Shown here: positions 1 to 9,156 of the stretch, one piece after another
How positions within the stretch are numbered: the stretch's first letter is position 1
Layout of the letters: each line of letters starts with the position of its first letter
NCBI GenBank assembly: GCA_965198235.1
Contig: OZ240248.1
Span: 4,576,001-4,640,000, forward strand
Reading direction: 5' to 3'
Source: Candidatus Poribacteria bacterium
GTDB taxonomy: Bacteria; Poribacteria; WGA-4E; WGA-3G
DNA: 64,000 nt
Program-made: the position numbers and the translations under genes
The notes under the pieces: generated by a model
Seen by the model: the letters and a program-made list of their open reading frames with translations, nothing else
Databases searched by the model: none
What the model was told of the DNA's origin: nothing

Positions 1-629
1 AATGGCTCATCAACTGAAGCAATCATCTTTGTTACTGCTAGTCGTTCTTCAAGCGTACGTTCATTGGCTTCTAATATATCAGGGTCAAAGGCTTGTGGCA
101 GATATTCGTGCTCAAATTGGGTGAGATGGAGATCAGATAAATCTGATATAGGAATCGGTTGAATATCGAAAAAAGCATCTTTATGCCGACGCTTTTCAGT
201 GAGAATCCTTTCATCCTGCGAGGTAGCGATACCTCGGCGAGGTCCAGTGCGAATGCAGATAGTACCCTTGAAGCGAACTGGCGGTGAGTCGGTTGGTTGC
301 ACTTTAACTACTGCCACTTCTTTATCTTGTAGCACGCGCTTTTCTACCGTCAAGGAGGGCGGCGGCACGATATTCCCGTCTGTTTTCATGTCCGCCAATT
401 GCCGAAGCAATTCGTCTGTAACTGGCAAACCCACAATAGTTTTGTCTTTTCTCACTCCAACGAAAATGAAGCCAGGTTTTTCGTGACGGGGCAAATCATT
501 GGCAAAAGCGCAGATGGCTTCCCGGATCTCTTTCGGAGCATCACCAGACAAAGATTCCTTGAACTCGATGCGATCAGATTCATCAGCGTCAATGATTTGT
601 AGCAACTCTACATCTGTAAATTGTCGCAT
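1..629 (-). CDS. AlbA_2/Schlafen-like DNA-binding domain protein, 5' part only (runs off window start)
   Basis: Absent from the ORF track. Manual minus-strand translation from ATG 629 gives MRQFTDVELLQIIDADESDRIEFKESLSGDAPKEIREAICAFANDLPRHEKPGFIFVGV..., with the E-x(3)-IEFK / ICAFAN / G-x-IFVGV signature; open to the window edge. Confidence 0.8.
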   Translation of the reverse strand, partial: MRQFTDVELLQIIDADESDRIEFKESLSGDAPKEIREAICAFANDLPRHEKPGFIFVGVRKDKTIVGLPVTDELLRQLADMKTDGNIVPPPSLTVEKRVLQDKEVAVVKVQPTDSPPVRFKGTICIRTGPRRGIATSQDERILTEKRRHKDAFFDIQPIPISDLSDLHLTQFEHEYLPQAFDPDILEANERTLEERLAVTKMIASVDEP

Positions 630-701
630 TTTGATTCCCGTCGTTTTGATGCTTGTTAGCCATTGTATTTTCCATAACAACCAATTATCGTGGATACGAC
701 A

Positions 702-730
702 AGTATACCATGGATGGCCGGATTTATCAA
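702..730 (-). promoter_or_regulatory. sigma70-type promoter for the AlbA_2 gene
   Basis: TTGATA-17 nt-TATACT with extended -10 TG on the minus strand. Confidence 0.55.
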
Positions 731-753
731 GGCAATTTTTATACTACGAAAAA

Positions 754-2445
754 TCAATATAGCACATGCACTCGATTCTTTCCACGGACGGTTTCGTCTG
801 ACATCGCGATCGGGACCTCAACGACAACGATCAGCGCGCCCTCCGTACTTATCGCGAGTGTGTCGTAGGGAAGCTGCCCCTCTGTGCGGTAGGTGTACAG
901 ATACTTCGCCAAGCCGTTACCCTCTGCTGTCAGATCAAACACTGACACCCCATGGAGGCTCTCATTCGGGTCTTGTGCTCGCTTGGAAACCGACAGTACG
1001 GCATAACGATCCTCCGCGTCAATGCGTAAACCTTGTGGCATATTCTCAAGTTTCCACTGCCAGATTTTTTCGCCACGCCACGAATAGGCGAACAGTGTCA
1101 TCCCGTTGGGATGTCCTGCTGAGGGCTTTTGTGCGCCTTTCCGGAGATGATACGGGATGTACGTGTCCCCTGTAACGAAGAGTGCTGCGGCATCCGTCGC
1201 GCCGATCATGCCAGTAGTTGCGATGATAGGGATGCCACTTACCTCCAGCGGAGTCGCCAGGTTTTCCTGCCATATCGGTTCCGCCTGATTCACATCAAAG
1301 ATGAATGCGCGTCCATCGTCCGTTGTCACGTTGATGAACTTACCATCGGGAGACATGCTGACCCCTCGCCAGAAGGTGACTTGCGGGAAATACTCGCGCA
1401 GTGGTTGAATATCCATGTGCCACTTTTCTGTTCCATCTTCTGCGTTGAGAACAGAGAGCTTTCCATTGCCAGCATCGTTTTCATCCGTTGCACTTCCTTG
1501 CAGGTTATGCCCACTATCTGTTAGAAGCGCGAGTGTTTTTCCATCAGCACTTACGTCAAACCAGCGCATCACCTTCGGCACCGCGCCCTCACGAGTCCAT
1601 TTCCAGATAACATTTCCCGTTTTTCCATTGAATCTATAGAGTTGGGATTTCTTAAGTGGCGTGTTATCCTCTGTCCACGAGTGCACGCTCGCCACTAAAA
1701 GGTCTCCGTTCGCCAACGTTCGCATACACGATGGACCGGGGTAGCTTACCCACGCGTAGACGCTATCGGGATTACTCAGCGTAGAGGTTTCAATATCATC
1801 GGCGGTGCGATACTTCCAACGAAGTGTCGGTTTATCGGTTGTCAGGTCGTAGCAGTAGATAAATCCATCTGCCGCTTGTTCGCCAATATAGAGTTGCGTA
1901 TTACCGCGACTGAACGCCATCTGCTTCACGTAGCCTTCCGAGATACGAGTTTTCCAGAGAATTTCACCTGTCAACGGTTGGAGTACCGCGAGATGTCCAC
2001 TGTCGGTTGCAATCGCTAATTTAGGCGTATTTCCATGCCCTAAGGCAAGTGCTGTGGGTTTCGCGGGCTGACGAAGGTTTTCCATCAACGACAAAAGCCC
2101 ATCTAACTCAACGGTCCGGATGAGATACGGCTCAGGCTTCAGCGGTGAAGTCGCTGTCGTTTCGCTATCATTCAAGTGAAATTGGTAATTTTGGTTCGGT
2201 TGCCATGCAAATTGGAACAAAACGCGATTTGCATCAAGCCTTTGGATTGCGGGTATTTCGGTTAATTCGTGCGTTGTGCCGCTCGTCTCGAATGCAATGT
2301 TGATTTCGCCTGCAACGTCGTTTTTGTGTTTCGTTTCAAACACTACGCCTGTCCGGACCCAAGTGACGTTCATATCTGCCGTCGTGACGTTAAGCGGTAA
2401 GGTGATGAGCAGCCAAAGTAGACTCAAGAATTGAATTCTCTTCAT
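754..2445 (-). CDS. Secreted PQQ-like beta-propeller repeat protein (third gene of the B12-riboswitch operon)
   Basis: Signal peptide MKRIQFLSLLWLLITLP; repeated blade motifs TGEILWK, TGNVIWKW, DGTEKWH, GEKIWQW, SPDGK. Confidence 0.7.
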   Translation of the reverse strand: MKRIQFLSLLWLLITLPLNVTTADMNVTWVRTGVVFETKHKNDVAGEINIAFETSGTTHELTEIPAIQRLDANRVLFQFAWQPNQNYQFHLNDSETTATSPLKPEPYLIRTVELDGLLSLMENLRQPAKPTALALGHGNTPKLAIATDSGHLAVLQPLTGEILWKTRISEGYVKQMAFSRGNTQLYIGEQAADGFIYCYDLTTDKPTLRWKYRTADDIETSTLSNPDSVYAWVSYPGPSCMRTLANGDLLVASVHSWTEDNTPLKKSQLYRFNGKTGNVIWKWTREGAVPKVMRWFDVSADGKTLALLTDSGHNLQGSATDENDAGNGKLSVLNAEDGTEKWHMDIQPLREYFPQVTFWRGVSMSPDGKFINVTTDDGRAFIFDVNQAEPIWQENLATPLEVSGIPIIATTGMIGATDAAALFVTGDTYIPYHLRKGAQKPSAGHPNGMTLFAYSWRGEKIWQWKLENMPQGLRIDAEDRYAVLSVSKRAQDPNESLHGVSVFDLTAEGNGLAKYLYTYRTEGQLPYDTLAISTEGALIVVVEVPIAMSDETVRGKNRVHVLY

Positions 2446-2540
2446 TCTGATATTCCTTGTGTTTGTATTGTAAGTTTTCTGCGTTGTCTAAATCACGGAT
2501 TTTGTGTATCGCCGATGTAGTTGAAGACAGGGACGATGGT

Positions 2541-4514
2541 TTAATCTGCCACGCGCCATAAACCTCTCCCCAACCGCGCACCGAGAAGTACGCCGATAAA
2601 TGTATAGATGAACCCCTCTATCAAAATTCGGAGAACGATATACCAATCGGCGTAGAAAAGCCGATAGAACAGTATAGAAAGTTGAAAATCGACATAAACG
2701 GAGAGCGCGTCGCAGATGCCCAATACGACTGCCCACGCCAGTAAGCTGCGACTCCGCACCAGTAAGAATCCTGTTTCCAGTAAGAGTACACTTGTGCCGG
2801 TGTAGACGATCGCCATCGGTGTGAAAAGCCCGAACGTTACGCCTCCCAAAAGCAAACGTACCGCAGAAACAAGCAAGATTACGCCACTCCCTTTCGCGCG
2901 TTTTTGATTGGTAGCCTCCGCGTTTCTTGGATCTCCGCCGATGTAAATAAGTAACGCTGTCAGCAAGGCGTAGTAGAGCGTCTCGTTGATTAAGCCAGTC
3001 AGCAATACAGAGACCGGACCTAAGAGGGCACGGACTAAATTAAGAAACAATGTTGATGGAACCATCACTGCCACAAAAACCGTTGTGCTGAACAGGGCAA
3101 TCACAATTAGATGTTTCGTTGTGAAACCTGCGAAAAGTCGCTCGTGGAACCGCAGGACAATTGCGAAACCGATGCAACTGCTGATGATTGCTAATAGACT
3201 CACGAGCAATGCTTGTTGATTTGGAACGCCCAGGTGCAACGGACGTTGTTGGCGAAGAATCGTCGCGTCACTTCCCCAAACCTTTACCGTAATGTCCCGT
3301 TGGTATTCTCCAGGGATTGCCTGTTCTGGCTTACCTTGCTTTAAATATATCGGGTGAAAATAGATAGGCAAAGGAATTTCTGTAACCGTGCCACCCGGCA
3401 GGCTCGCAAACGCTACGCTTCGATTCGTCCCCCCGTTCGTTGTCTCTGGAGGTGCGAGAAAGGGGATAGTTGTGGGAGGGCTTTGTAAGCCCGATTTCAT
3501 ATCCGTGTTGGTTGATGACACAACCACATGGATCGTTTCTTTACCTTGGTTGCGGAGTTGGACTGTCTGATAAGTTGTGGGCTCGAATGCATTGGTCTGT
3601 GGCGTTCGGAGCCAACTGAATAACGGTCGTGGGTAGTAGATGGTATCCTCTCGCTGCTTCGGGTCCGCCGTACCCGTTGCGTCTGTAGGCATCTGAATTG
3701 ATTCTATGGAGAGGTGTTCAGCGATCTCAGAGATAGTTGCTATCCGCAGTTGCACGGTTGCTTGTTGTTCCCATGCCTGCCCTGCATCTGTTGTGAAGCG
3801 GATAATCCCTGAAATCTCCTGTGTGTCCGATCGGTTTGCTATGGATGTTTTCAAAACTAATTCACGGTACCACACCTCCGATGCGATACCAAGTCTACTG
3901 GTGGTAGAGAGGCAAGTTCTCGCATCCATTGTTTCACTCTTCCAATCTGCTGGAAAGCGGACCGCTGTTACGGTTGATGGTAGACAAAGTTCCAAATCAA
4001 AGGTCGTTGGTACATTCCCGTTTGTAACGAGGACCATAGCAGTCATTTCACTTTCATGCAAAACAAGTGCTTTCTGATCGTTTCCTGATGCATTTCCTAA
4101 ATCCGATTCAATTGCGGCACCATAGGGAATAGCGATCTCTAAATTCCCCTGTGTGTATGTCCGAGGCGCGGTCACGCTTTGAACGGTAACATTCCCGGTG
4201 GTTAAGGTCGCCTCAAACCTATAGGTCTCCCCTTCGTCCCATTCAAAATAAAGGGATTCTGTCTGACGGGGTGGCACAGGAAAGTTGAGTTGTGCGACCA
4301 TCACATCATCAAGATTAAAGGCACTTAGGTGTCGTATCGGTACTGTCGTTCCAAATTGCACCTTTGCCCCCAATGAAAAAAACGTCACCTGCCATGAGAT
4401 CGGCTCTTCTTTGGGGGTTGAGGCGCAACTAAGCAAAGAAACGAGCAGTGGCAAGACCCATAAGACCTGCTCTATTGTAGATTGATATGGTGTTCGATTC
4501 AGAGCGTGTGTCAT
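2541..4514 (-). CDS. Large exported domain fused to a C-terminal ~6-7 TM domain resembling an ECF-type S component
   Basis: Lipobox-like LLSC near the N-terminus, ~400 aa soluble beta-rich region, then a hydrophobic domain starting FTTKHLIVIALF (S-component-like first helix) and ending GVLLGARLG. Confidence 0.55.
   Translation of the reverse strand: MTHALNRTPYQSTIEQVLWVLPLLVSLLSCASTPKEEPISWQVTFFSLGAKVQFGTTVPIRHLSAFNLDDVMVAQLNFPVPPRQTESLYFEWDEGETYRFEATLTTGNVTVQSVTAPRTYTQGNLEIAIPYGAAIESDLGNASGNDQKALVLHESEMTAMVLVTNGNVPTTFDLELCLPSTVTAVRFPADWKSETMDARTCLSTTSRLGIASEVWYRELVLKTSIANRSDTQEISGIIRFTTDAGQAWEQQATVQLRIATISEIAEHLSIESIQMPTDATGTADPKQREDTIYYPRPLFSWLRTPQTNAFEPTTYQTVQLRNQGKETIHVVVSSTNTDMKSGLQSPPTTIPFLAPPETTNGGTNRSVAFASLPGGTVTEIPLPIYFHPIYLKQGKPEQAIPGEYQRDITVKVWGSDATILRQQRPLHLGVPNQQALLVSLLAIISSCIGFAIVLRFHERLFAGFTTKHLIVIALFSTTVFVAVMVPSTLFLNLVRALLGPVSVLLTGLINETLYYALLTALLIYIGGDPRNAEATNQKRAKGSGVILLVSAVRLLLGGVTFGLFTPMAIVYTGTSVLLLETGFLLVRSRSLLAWAVVLGICDALSVYVDFQLSILFYRLFYADWYIVLRILIEGFIYTFIGVLLGARLGRGLWRVAD
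3468..3498. repeat. 31-nt REP-like palindrome, copy 1 (inside a CDS)
   Basis: AGTTGTGGGAGGGCTTTGTAAGCCCGATTTC, identical to 6703-6733; internal hairpin GGGCTT-TGT-AAGCCC. Confidence 0.8.
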
Positions 4515-4611
4515 GCAATTTCATAAAAGGACTGAATTATTGCGAATACATGGAACTTGTAAAAGGCGAGATGTTTTTGCTGGAGTGTTTCCCTCGCCTA
4601 TGAATGCTAAG

Positions 4612-5346
4612 TTAGAGCCCATGACCGATCAGCACCAGATCAAGGATATTAACCACTTTGTCTCCATTGACATCGGCAAGTATTCCGGCACCCTCGTCAC
4701 CGAGAAAACGACCTGCGATTATCATATCTTTCATGTTGACGAACCCGTCATTGTTGATGTCTTCGCGTCGCGGGATAATCCTTGCAAACCCCAAAATAGA
4801 GCCGGCGGGTCCAACGTGATAGGTTCGCAGGAGAGATGCATCTGCTACGTCCATGACGTGAACGAAATCCTGTCCGCCGCCCGACCAGTCGGGTTGGGTG
4901 ATATAGAGATTTCCATCTGGGGCAAAAGTCAGTCCTCCACTGACAGGAGTATCTGCATCGTTACTGAAATTAGCGATCGTATCGTCTTTATCCCGAATCC
5001 AGTCTCGCGCTGCGATATCATAGACAAGCAACCCAGGATTTTGCCAACTGCCTTGGATAAACAACTGTTTTTCTGAGCTGAAATGGAGTATTTCATTGTC
5101 AACAGCCCGTCTCTCATTCGATTCCTCCAGATTGATGAGTGAGAGTGAAGCGGTGATGCCCAAGTCGGGTTGTGTCAGGGCATTTATGACGACTGTTAGG
5201 TTCTGAACCTCTGTCTGTCCAAAAGCAGGACTAACGAGGTGTGTCAAAAGGATTGCCCCTACTATTAGGAACGAATAACATGAGAAGTGCCGCCGAGAGA
5301 CTTTTCTAGACGCGCTTGCAAGCGGTGCCGCTACAACTTTGTTCAT
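4612..5346 (-). CDS. Secreted protein with partial beta-propeller-like blades and a C-terminal dockerin type I-like domain
   Basis: ATG 5346 preceded by GGAGG (the ORF-track start 5544 lies in the riboswitch leader); signal peptide ending SPAFG; twin repeats EDINNDGFVNMKD and ADVNGDKVVNILD. Confidence 0.7.
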   Translation of the reverse strand: MNKVVAAPLASASRKVSRRHFSCYSFLIVGAILLTHLVSPAFGQTEVQNLTVVINALTQPDLGITASLSLINLEESNERRAVDNEILHFSSEKQLFIQGSWQNPGLLVYDIAARDWIRDKDDTIANFSNDADTPVSGGLTFAPDGNLYITQPDWSGGGQDFVHVMDVADASLLRTYHVGPAGSILGFARIIPRREDINNDGFVNMKDMIIAGRFLGDEGAGILADVNGDKVVNILDLVLIGHGL

Positions 5347-5366
5347 TAAAACCTCCGTAATGAAAC

Positions 5367-5399
5367 AAAAAACCCCTGCTTTCATCGGAAAGACAGGGG
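5367..5399 (-). terminator. Intrinsic terminator, expression platform of the cobalamin riboswitch
   Basis: Minus strand CCCCTG(T)CTTTC-CGAT-GAAAGCAGGGG-TTTTTT, just upstream of the RBS of the first operon gene. Confidence 0.8.
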
Positions 5400-5545
5400 A
5401 GGAAGCGGCACTCTGTGTGAGGCGTATCCTGTAAGTGTGTAGAAGAATTTCATACCTTATATCGGTATTTCTTTTTTCATCTGATCTGACAGGATACTGT
5501 GCTCTGTTCCACCGCTTTCCCGCGAAAGCAGATGCGTGAAACATG

Positions 5546-5753
5546 ATTCAGGCAGGTCTCCTGACTTCCGATCATTTAGCGTAGTTACAAGCCAAAACTC
5601 GCACTACAGAGTTCCGCTGAACCTTCCCATCAGTTATCTGACAGTGGTTTTTCAACGGATAATTGCCTTTGATAGAGGCTGATCGTTCACAGTGGCGGGG
5701 CCGTGGCGGATTCTCACCGCGCTTCCCTATTCTCCGTAATTCGGCACCTGAAC
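5546..5753 (-). ncRNA. Cobalamin (B12) riboswitch
   Basis: Minus strand TTCAGGTGCC...AATAGGGAAGCGCGGTGAGAATCCGCCACGGCCCCGCCACTGTGA...CCACTG...GGGAAGG...GAAGTCAGGAGACCTGCCTGAA: core motifs and B12 box present. Confidence 0.95.
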
Positions 5754-5781
5754 CGTTAGTTTATTCAATTGTAATACATAT

Positions 5782-5810
5782 ATTATATCACGTTGCACTA
5801 TCTTTTGCAA
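5782..5810 (-). promoter_or_regulatory. sigma70 promoter of the riboswitch operon
   Basis: TTGCAA-17 nt-TATAAT with extended -10 TG. Confidence 0.7.
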
Positions 5811-5974
5811 ATATTTTTTTCCAATGGGTGTGTAAATATTTCGGCAGCGGGTTGTCAGAAATAGGCTTCTTCGGTCTTAGGCAAATACGGGGCACAAACT
5901 AACAGTTTCTGCTACAGGGTAGCCCTTGTCATAATTGCGTGTCAAAAACTTTACACACCCTTTCCAATAAAAAT

Positions 5975-6003
5975 TTGACAATATAAAACAGATGTGGTAT
6001 TAT
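5975..6003 (+). promoter_or_regulatory. sigma70 promoter of the leader-hisI-trpE-trpG operon
   Basis: TTGACA-17 nt-TATTAT with extended -10 TG. Confidence 0.7.
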
Positions 6004-6068
6004 TAATATTAAGCGTGGATACATCCAAAAATTTGGCAGTTATCAACCATTGTTGAGAAGCGAAAAGA

Positions 6069-6170
6069 ATGACACTTTTACGTTCACACTCCAGCTTGCA
6101 TAGCATATCTAACCATTGGCATTGGTGGCGGTCCAATGGCTTGTGGGGGAGTGTGCGTTCAAACGGATAA
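6069..6170 (+). CDS. Attenuator leader peptide rich in His and Trp (33 aa)
   Basis: MTLLRSHSSLHSISNHWHWWRSNGLWGSVRSNG*; 4 His and 4 Trp with an HWHWW core; lies between the promoter and a terminator upstream of hisI-trpEG. Confidence 0.8.
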   Translation: MTLLRSHSSLHSISNHWHWWRSNGLWGSVRSNG

Positions 6171-6221
6171 CTGAGATAGAGACTGAAAATCGTCATTTTT
6201 TATTTTTAAGTCCTGTTGAAG

Positions 6222-6262
6222 CCTTATGCACACCGATCCCGGTAGCATAGGGTATTTTTTTT
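6222..6262 (+). terminator. Attenuator terminator hairpin
   Basis: CCTTATGC-AC-ACCG-ATCC-CGGT-A-GCATAGGG followed by TATTTTTTTT; the 5' arm can alternatively pair with GTGTGCGTTCAAACGGA (6151-6167). Confidence 0.8.
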
Positions 6263-6315
6263 GCAAAGTTCGCAGATTGCCAAAATTTGCTGTTGAAAAT
6301 GAAGAGGAGAACTCA

Positions 6316-6696
6316 ATGAAAATTCTATCGGAACTTAAGTATGACCGCGATGGTTTAGTCGCTGCAGTCATTCAAGATGAAACAAACAACGAAATCCTAA
6401 TGGTAGGCTATATGAACGCTGAGGCGATAAGTGAAACGCTGAGTACAGGGCGCGTCTGCTTCTGGAGTCGTTCCCGTCAAAAGTTGTGGATAAAGGGGGA
6501 GACTTCAGGGCATACACAGACGGTTAAATCTATCGCAGTAGATTGTGACGGTGATGCCCTGCTTATAAAGGTTGAGCAGAAGGTAGCGGCGTGCCATACG
6601 GGTTATCGCTCCTGCTTCTTTCGAGAAGTTTCCCCCGACGGAGAATCAACGCATGTAGTAGGTGAAAAGATTTTCGATGCAGATGCCGTCTATTAG
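6316..6696 (+). CDS. hisI: Phosphoribosyl-AMP cyclohydrolase
   Basis: FWSRSRQKLWIKGETSGH, DCDGDALL and ACHTGYRSCF motifs; GAGGAG RBS before ATG 6316. Confidence 0.95.
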   Translation: MKILSELKYDRDGLVAAVIQDETNNEILMVGYMNAEAISETLSTGRVCFWSRSRQKLWIKGETSGHTQTVKSIAVDCDGDALLIKVEQKVAACHTGYRSCFFREVSPDGESTHVVGEKIFDADAVY

Positions 6697-6702
6697 ACTC
6701 CA

Positions 6703-6733
6703 AGTTGTGGGAGGGCTTTGTAAGCCCGATTTC
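6703..6733. repeat. 31-nt REP-like palindrome, copy 2 (just after the hisI stop)
   Basis: Identical to 3468-3498. Confidence 0.8.
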
Positions 6734-6910
6734 GTATCTTGGCATCCGCTCGGGAATTGCTTGAGTAAGTTCATCTATGGTCTCGATTTTAAGGATAACG
6801 AAAATAGAGTACCGGCAGTTGTAGACGCCTTTTTCAACCCTGTCTCTTGCAATGTCCGGTGCTATAGAACAGAGAATTTTGATGCTAAGGATATGAAAAA
6901 GGAGCTACTA

Positions 6911-8413
6911 ATGTATTATCCCACGTTGGAAGATTTTCGCGAGGAAGCGAAATCAGGAAACACAATACCGGTATACCGATCGATTATGGCGGATATGGAG
7001 ACACCGGTGTCTGCTTTTTACAAGTTGATGCCAGGTAATTATGCGTTCTTGCTCGAAAGCGTTGAAGGTGGTGAAACCCTTGCGCGTTACTCTTTTTTGG
7101 GGACTCAACCCTCGGTGCTTTTCCATAGTAAAGGGCATCAGGTTACGATTGAGTATTTGGAAAAAGGCGAAACCGTAGTTCAGGAATATGAAGATCCGTT
7201 GAATGCTCTTGAGGAATTGATGCAGAATTACCGGCCTGTTGACACTGAAGAGTTACCAAAATTCCACGGCGGTGCAGTTGGTTATATGAGTTATGACATG
7301 GTGCGCTTCGTTGAGGAATTGCCAGATAATACCGAAGATGAACTGCAGCTTCCGGATTGCTTTTTCATGATTGCCGAGACGATTTTGATATTCGATCATG
7401 TGAACCACCAGATCAAGGTTGTGGCGAACGCGCATATTGATGGAGATGTAGATGGAGCTTATACGGATGCTCTTGCGAAAATTGAGGCATTGGTCGAGAA
7501 ACTTACCGCTGCTTCCGAAGCGCATTTACGCAGGGATAGTGGCGAGCATCAGGAGCGGTATGATAAAATCATATCCAGTCCGCAATCAAATTTCACGAAA
7601 TCCGATTACGAAGCCGCGGTCAGGCGCGCCAAGGAATACATAGCTGCAGGCGACATCATCCAGGTTGTGCCTTCCCAGCGGTTTAGTTGTCCGGTGTCCG
7701 TAGACTCGTTCGAGATATATCGGGCATTGCGAATGGTCAATCCATCACCGTATATGTATTACTTGAAGTTTGATGGTTTTGACATTGTAGGGGCATCACC
7801 CGAAATGATGGTTAGGGTAGAGGACGGAATCGTCCAAACGCGCCCGATTGCGGGCACACTTCCGCGCGGCACAACCGCTGAGGAGGACCGGGAGTTGGAG
7901 CAGAAACTTCTCTCCGATCCGAAGGAACGGGCAGAGCACGTCATGCTCGTTGATTTAGGACGGAACGACCTCGGTCGGGTCTGTGAATATCACACCGTTG
8001 AGGTGACTGACTTTATGATAGTCGAGCGTTTCTCACACGTGATGCACATCGTTTCACATGTCATTGGACGATTACGCGAAGATCTCACGGCTTTTGATGT
8101 TCTGCGCGCGTGCCTTCCCGCTGGGACACTCTCTGGTGCCCCGAAGATACGCGCAATGGAAATCATTGATGAACTCGAGCCGACACGTCGGAGTACGTAC
8201 GGCGGAACGGTGGGTTATTTCAGTTTTTCCGGCAGTGCAGACACGGCGATTACTATCCGAACCGCGGTTATCAAAGATAGCACCGCTTATGTGCAAGCTG
8301 GTGGTGGTATCGTTGCGGATTCAGTACCTGAAACTGAGTATTACGAAACCGTGAGTAAAGCGCGAGCAATGCTTAGTGCTATTGCATTGGCAGAACAAGG
8401 TTTCTTATTGTAA
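6911..8413 (+). CDS. trpE: Anthranilate synthase component I
   Basis: [36 protein letters not shown] and [10 protein letters not shown] motifs; AGGAG RBS before ATG 6911. Confidence 0.93.
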   Translation: MYYPTLEDFREEAKSGNTIPVYRSIMADMETPVSAFYKLMPGNYAFLLESVEGGETLARYSFLGTQPSVLFHSKGHQVTIEYLEKGETVVQEYEDPLNALEELMQNYRPVDTEELPKFHGGAVGYMSYDMVRFVEELPDNTEDELQLPDCFFMIAETILIFDHVNHQIKVVANAHIDGDVDGAYTDALAKIEALVEKLTAASEAHLRRDSGEHQERYDKIISSPQSNFTKSDYEAAVRRAKEYIAAGDIIQVVPSQRFSCPVSVDSFEIYRALRMVNPSPYMYYLKFDGFDIVGASPEMMVRVEDGIVQTRPIAGTLPRGTTAEEDRELEQKLLSDPKERAEHVMLVDLGRNDLGRVCEYHTVEVTDFMIVERFSHVMHIVSHVIGRLREDLTAFDVLRACLPAGTLSGAPKIRAMEIIDELEPTRRSTYGGTVGYFSFSGSADTAITIRTAVIKDSTAYVQAGGGIVADSVPETEYYETVSKARAMLSAIALAEQGFLL

Positions 8414-8419
8414 AAGACT

Positions 8420-8532
8420 TGGGTGGAAGGACGAAAGGGGAAGGAAGACCCTCGGATGGAAGGCTGAAAGAAAGGACAGATGGGTGCCCAGTCTTCCACC
8501 CGTCCAGTTTTCTCTCCCAATCTTCCATTCCA
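8420..8532. repeat. Purine-rich/pyrimidine-rich imperfect inverted repeat built of GGAAGG / TCTTCC units
   Basis: GGAAGG-rich left half and TCTTCC-rich right half in the trpE-trpG spacer. Confidence 0.5.
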
Positions 8533-8546
8533 TTAAGGAGGAAAAG

Positions 8547-9110
8547 ATGGTTTTAATGATTGATAACTATGACTCCTTTACCTATAATTTGGTGCAGTAT
8601 TTGGGTGAACTCGGTGCTGACTTGGAGGTTCATCGGAGTCGAAAAATAGGATTGGATGCATTAGATGAACTGAATCCTGAACGGATTGTTATTTCACCCG
8701 GTCCTTGCACGCCGAAAGAAGCGGGTATATCTAACGATGTGATAAAGCACTTCGCTGGCAAAGTTCCGATTTTAGGCGTCTGCCTTGGTCATCAGTGCAT
8801 CGGGGACGCGTTCGGTGGTGAAGTCGTTAAAGCAGATCGATTGATGCACGGTAAAACCTCAATGATCGTACATAATGAGGTTGAGCTTTTCGAGGGGTTG
8901 GATAACCCATTCGAAGCCACGCGCTACCATTCGCTTATCGTAAAAAGAGAGACGCTGCCGGATTGCCTTGAGGTTACCGCTTGGACGGATCAGGATGAAA
9001 TCATGGGGCTTCGGCATAGAACCTTGCCTATCTGGGGTGTGCAGTTCCATCCAGAGTCGATTTTGACGGCTGCTGGAAAGAGTTTACTCTCCAACTTTCT
9101 GGCATTGTAA
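8547..9110 (+). CDS. trpG: Anthranilate/aminodeoxychorismate synthase component II (glutamine amidotransferase)
   Basis: [23 protein letters not shown] and QFHPES motifs; AAGGAGG RBS. Confidence 0.92.
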   Translation: MVLMIDNYDSFTYNLVQYLGELGADLEVHRSRKIGLDALDELNPERIVISPGPCTPKEAGISNDVIKHFAGKVPILGVCLGHQCIGDAFGGEVVKADRLMHGKTSMIVHNEVELFEGLDNPFEATRYHSLIVKRETLPDCLEVTAWTDQDEIMGLRHRTLPIWGVQFHPESILTAAGKSLLSNFLAL

Positions 9111-9156
9111 ATGTGGTTTGAAAAGCAGAAAGGTTTAATATGACAAAACAGGTGAA

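Noticed and set aside
4513-5076. 187-aa plus-strand ORF
   Set aside because: Antisense to the dockerin gene with no motifs
5347-5544. N-terminal extensions in the ORF track (also 6226, 6662, 8376, 11299, 15492, 37418, 52126)
   Set aside because: They run through riboswitch, attenuator or repeat sequence; downstream starts match family N-termini and most have a clear RBS
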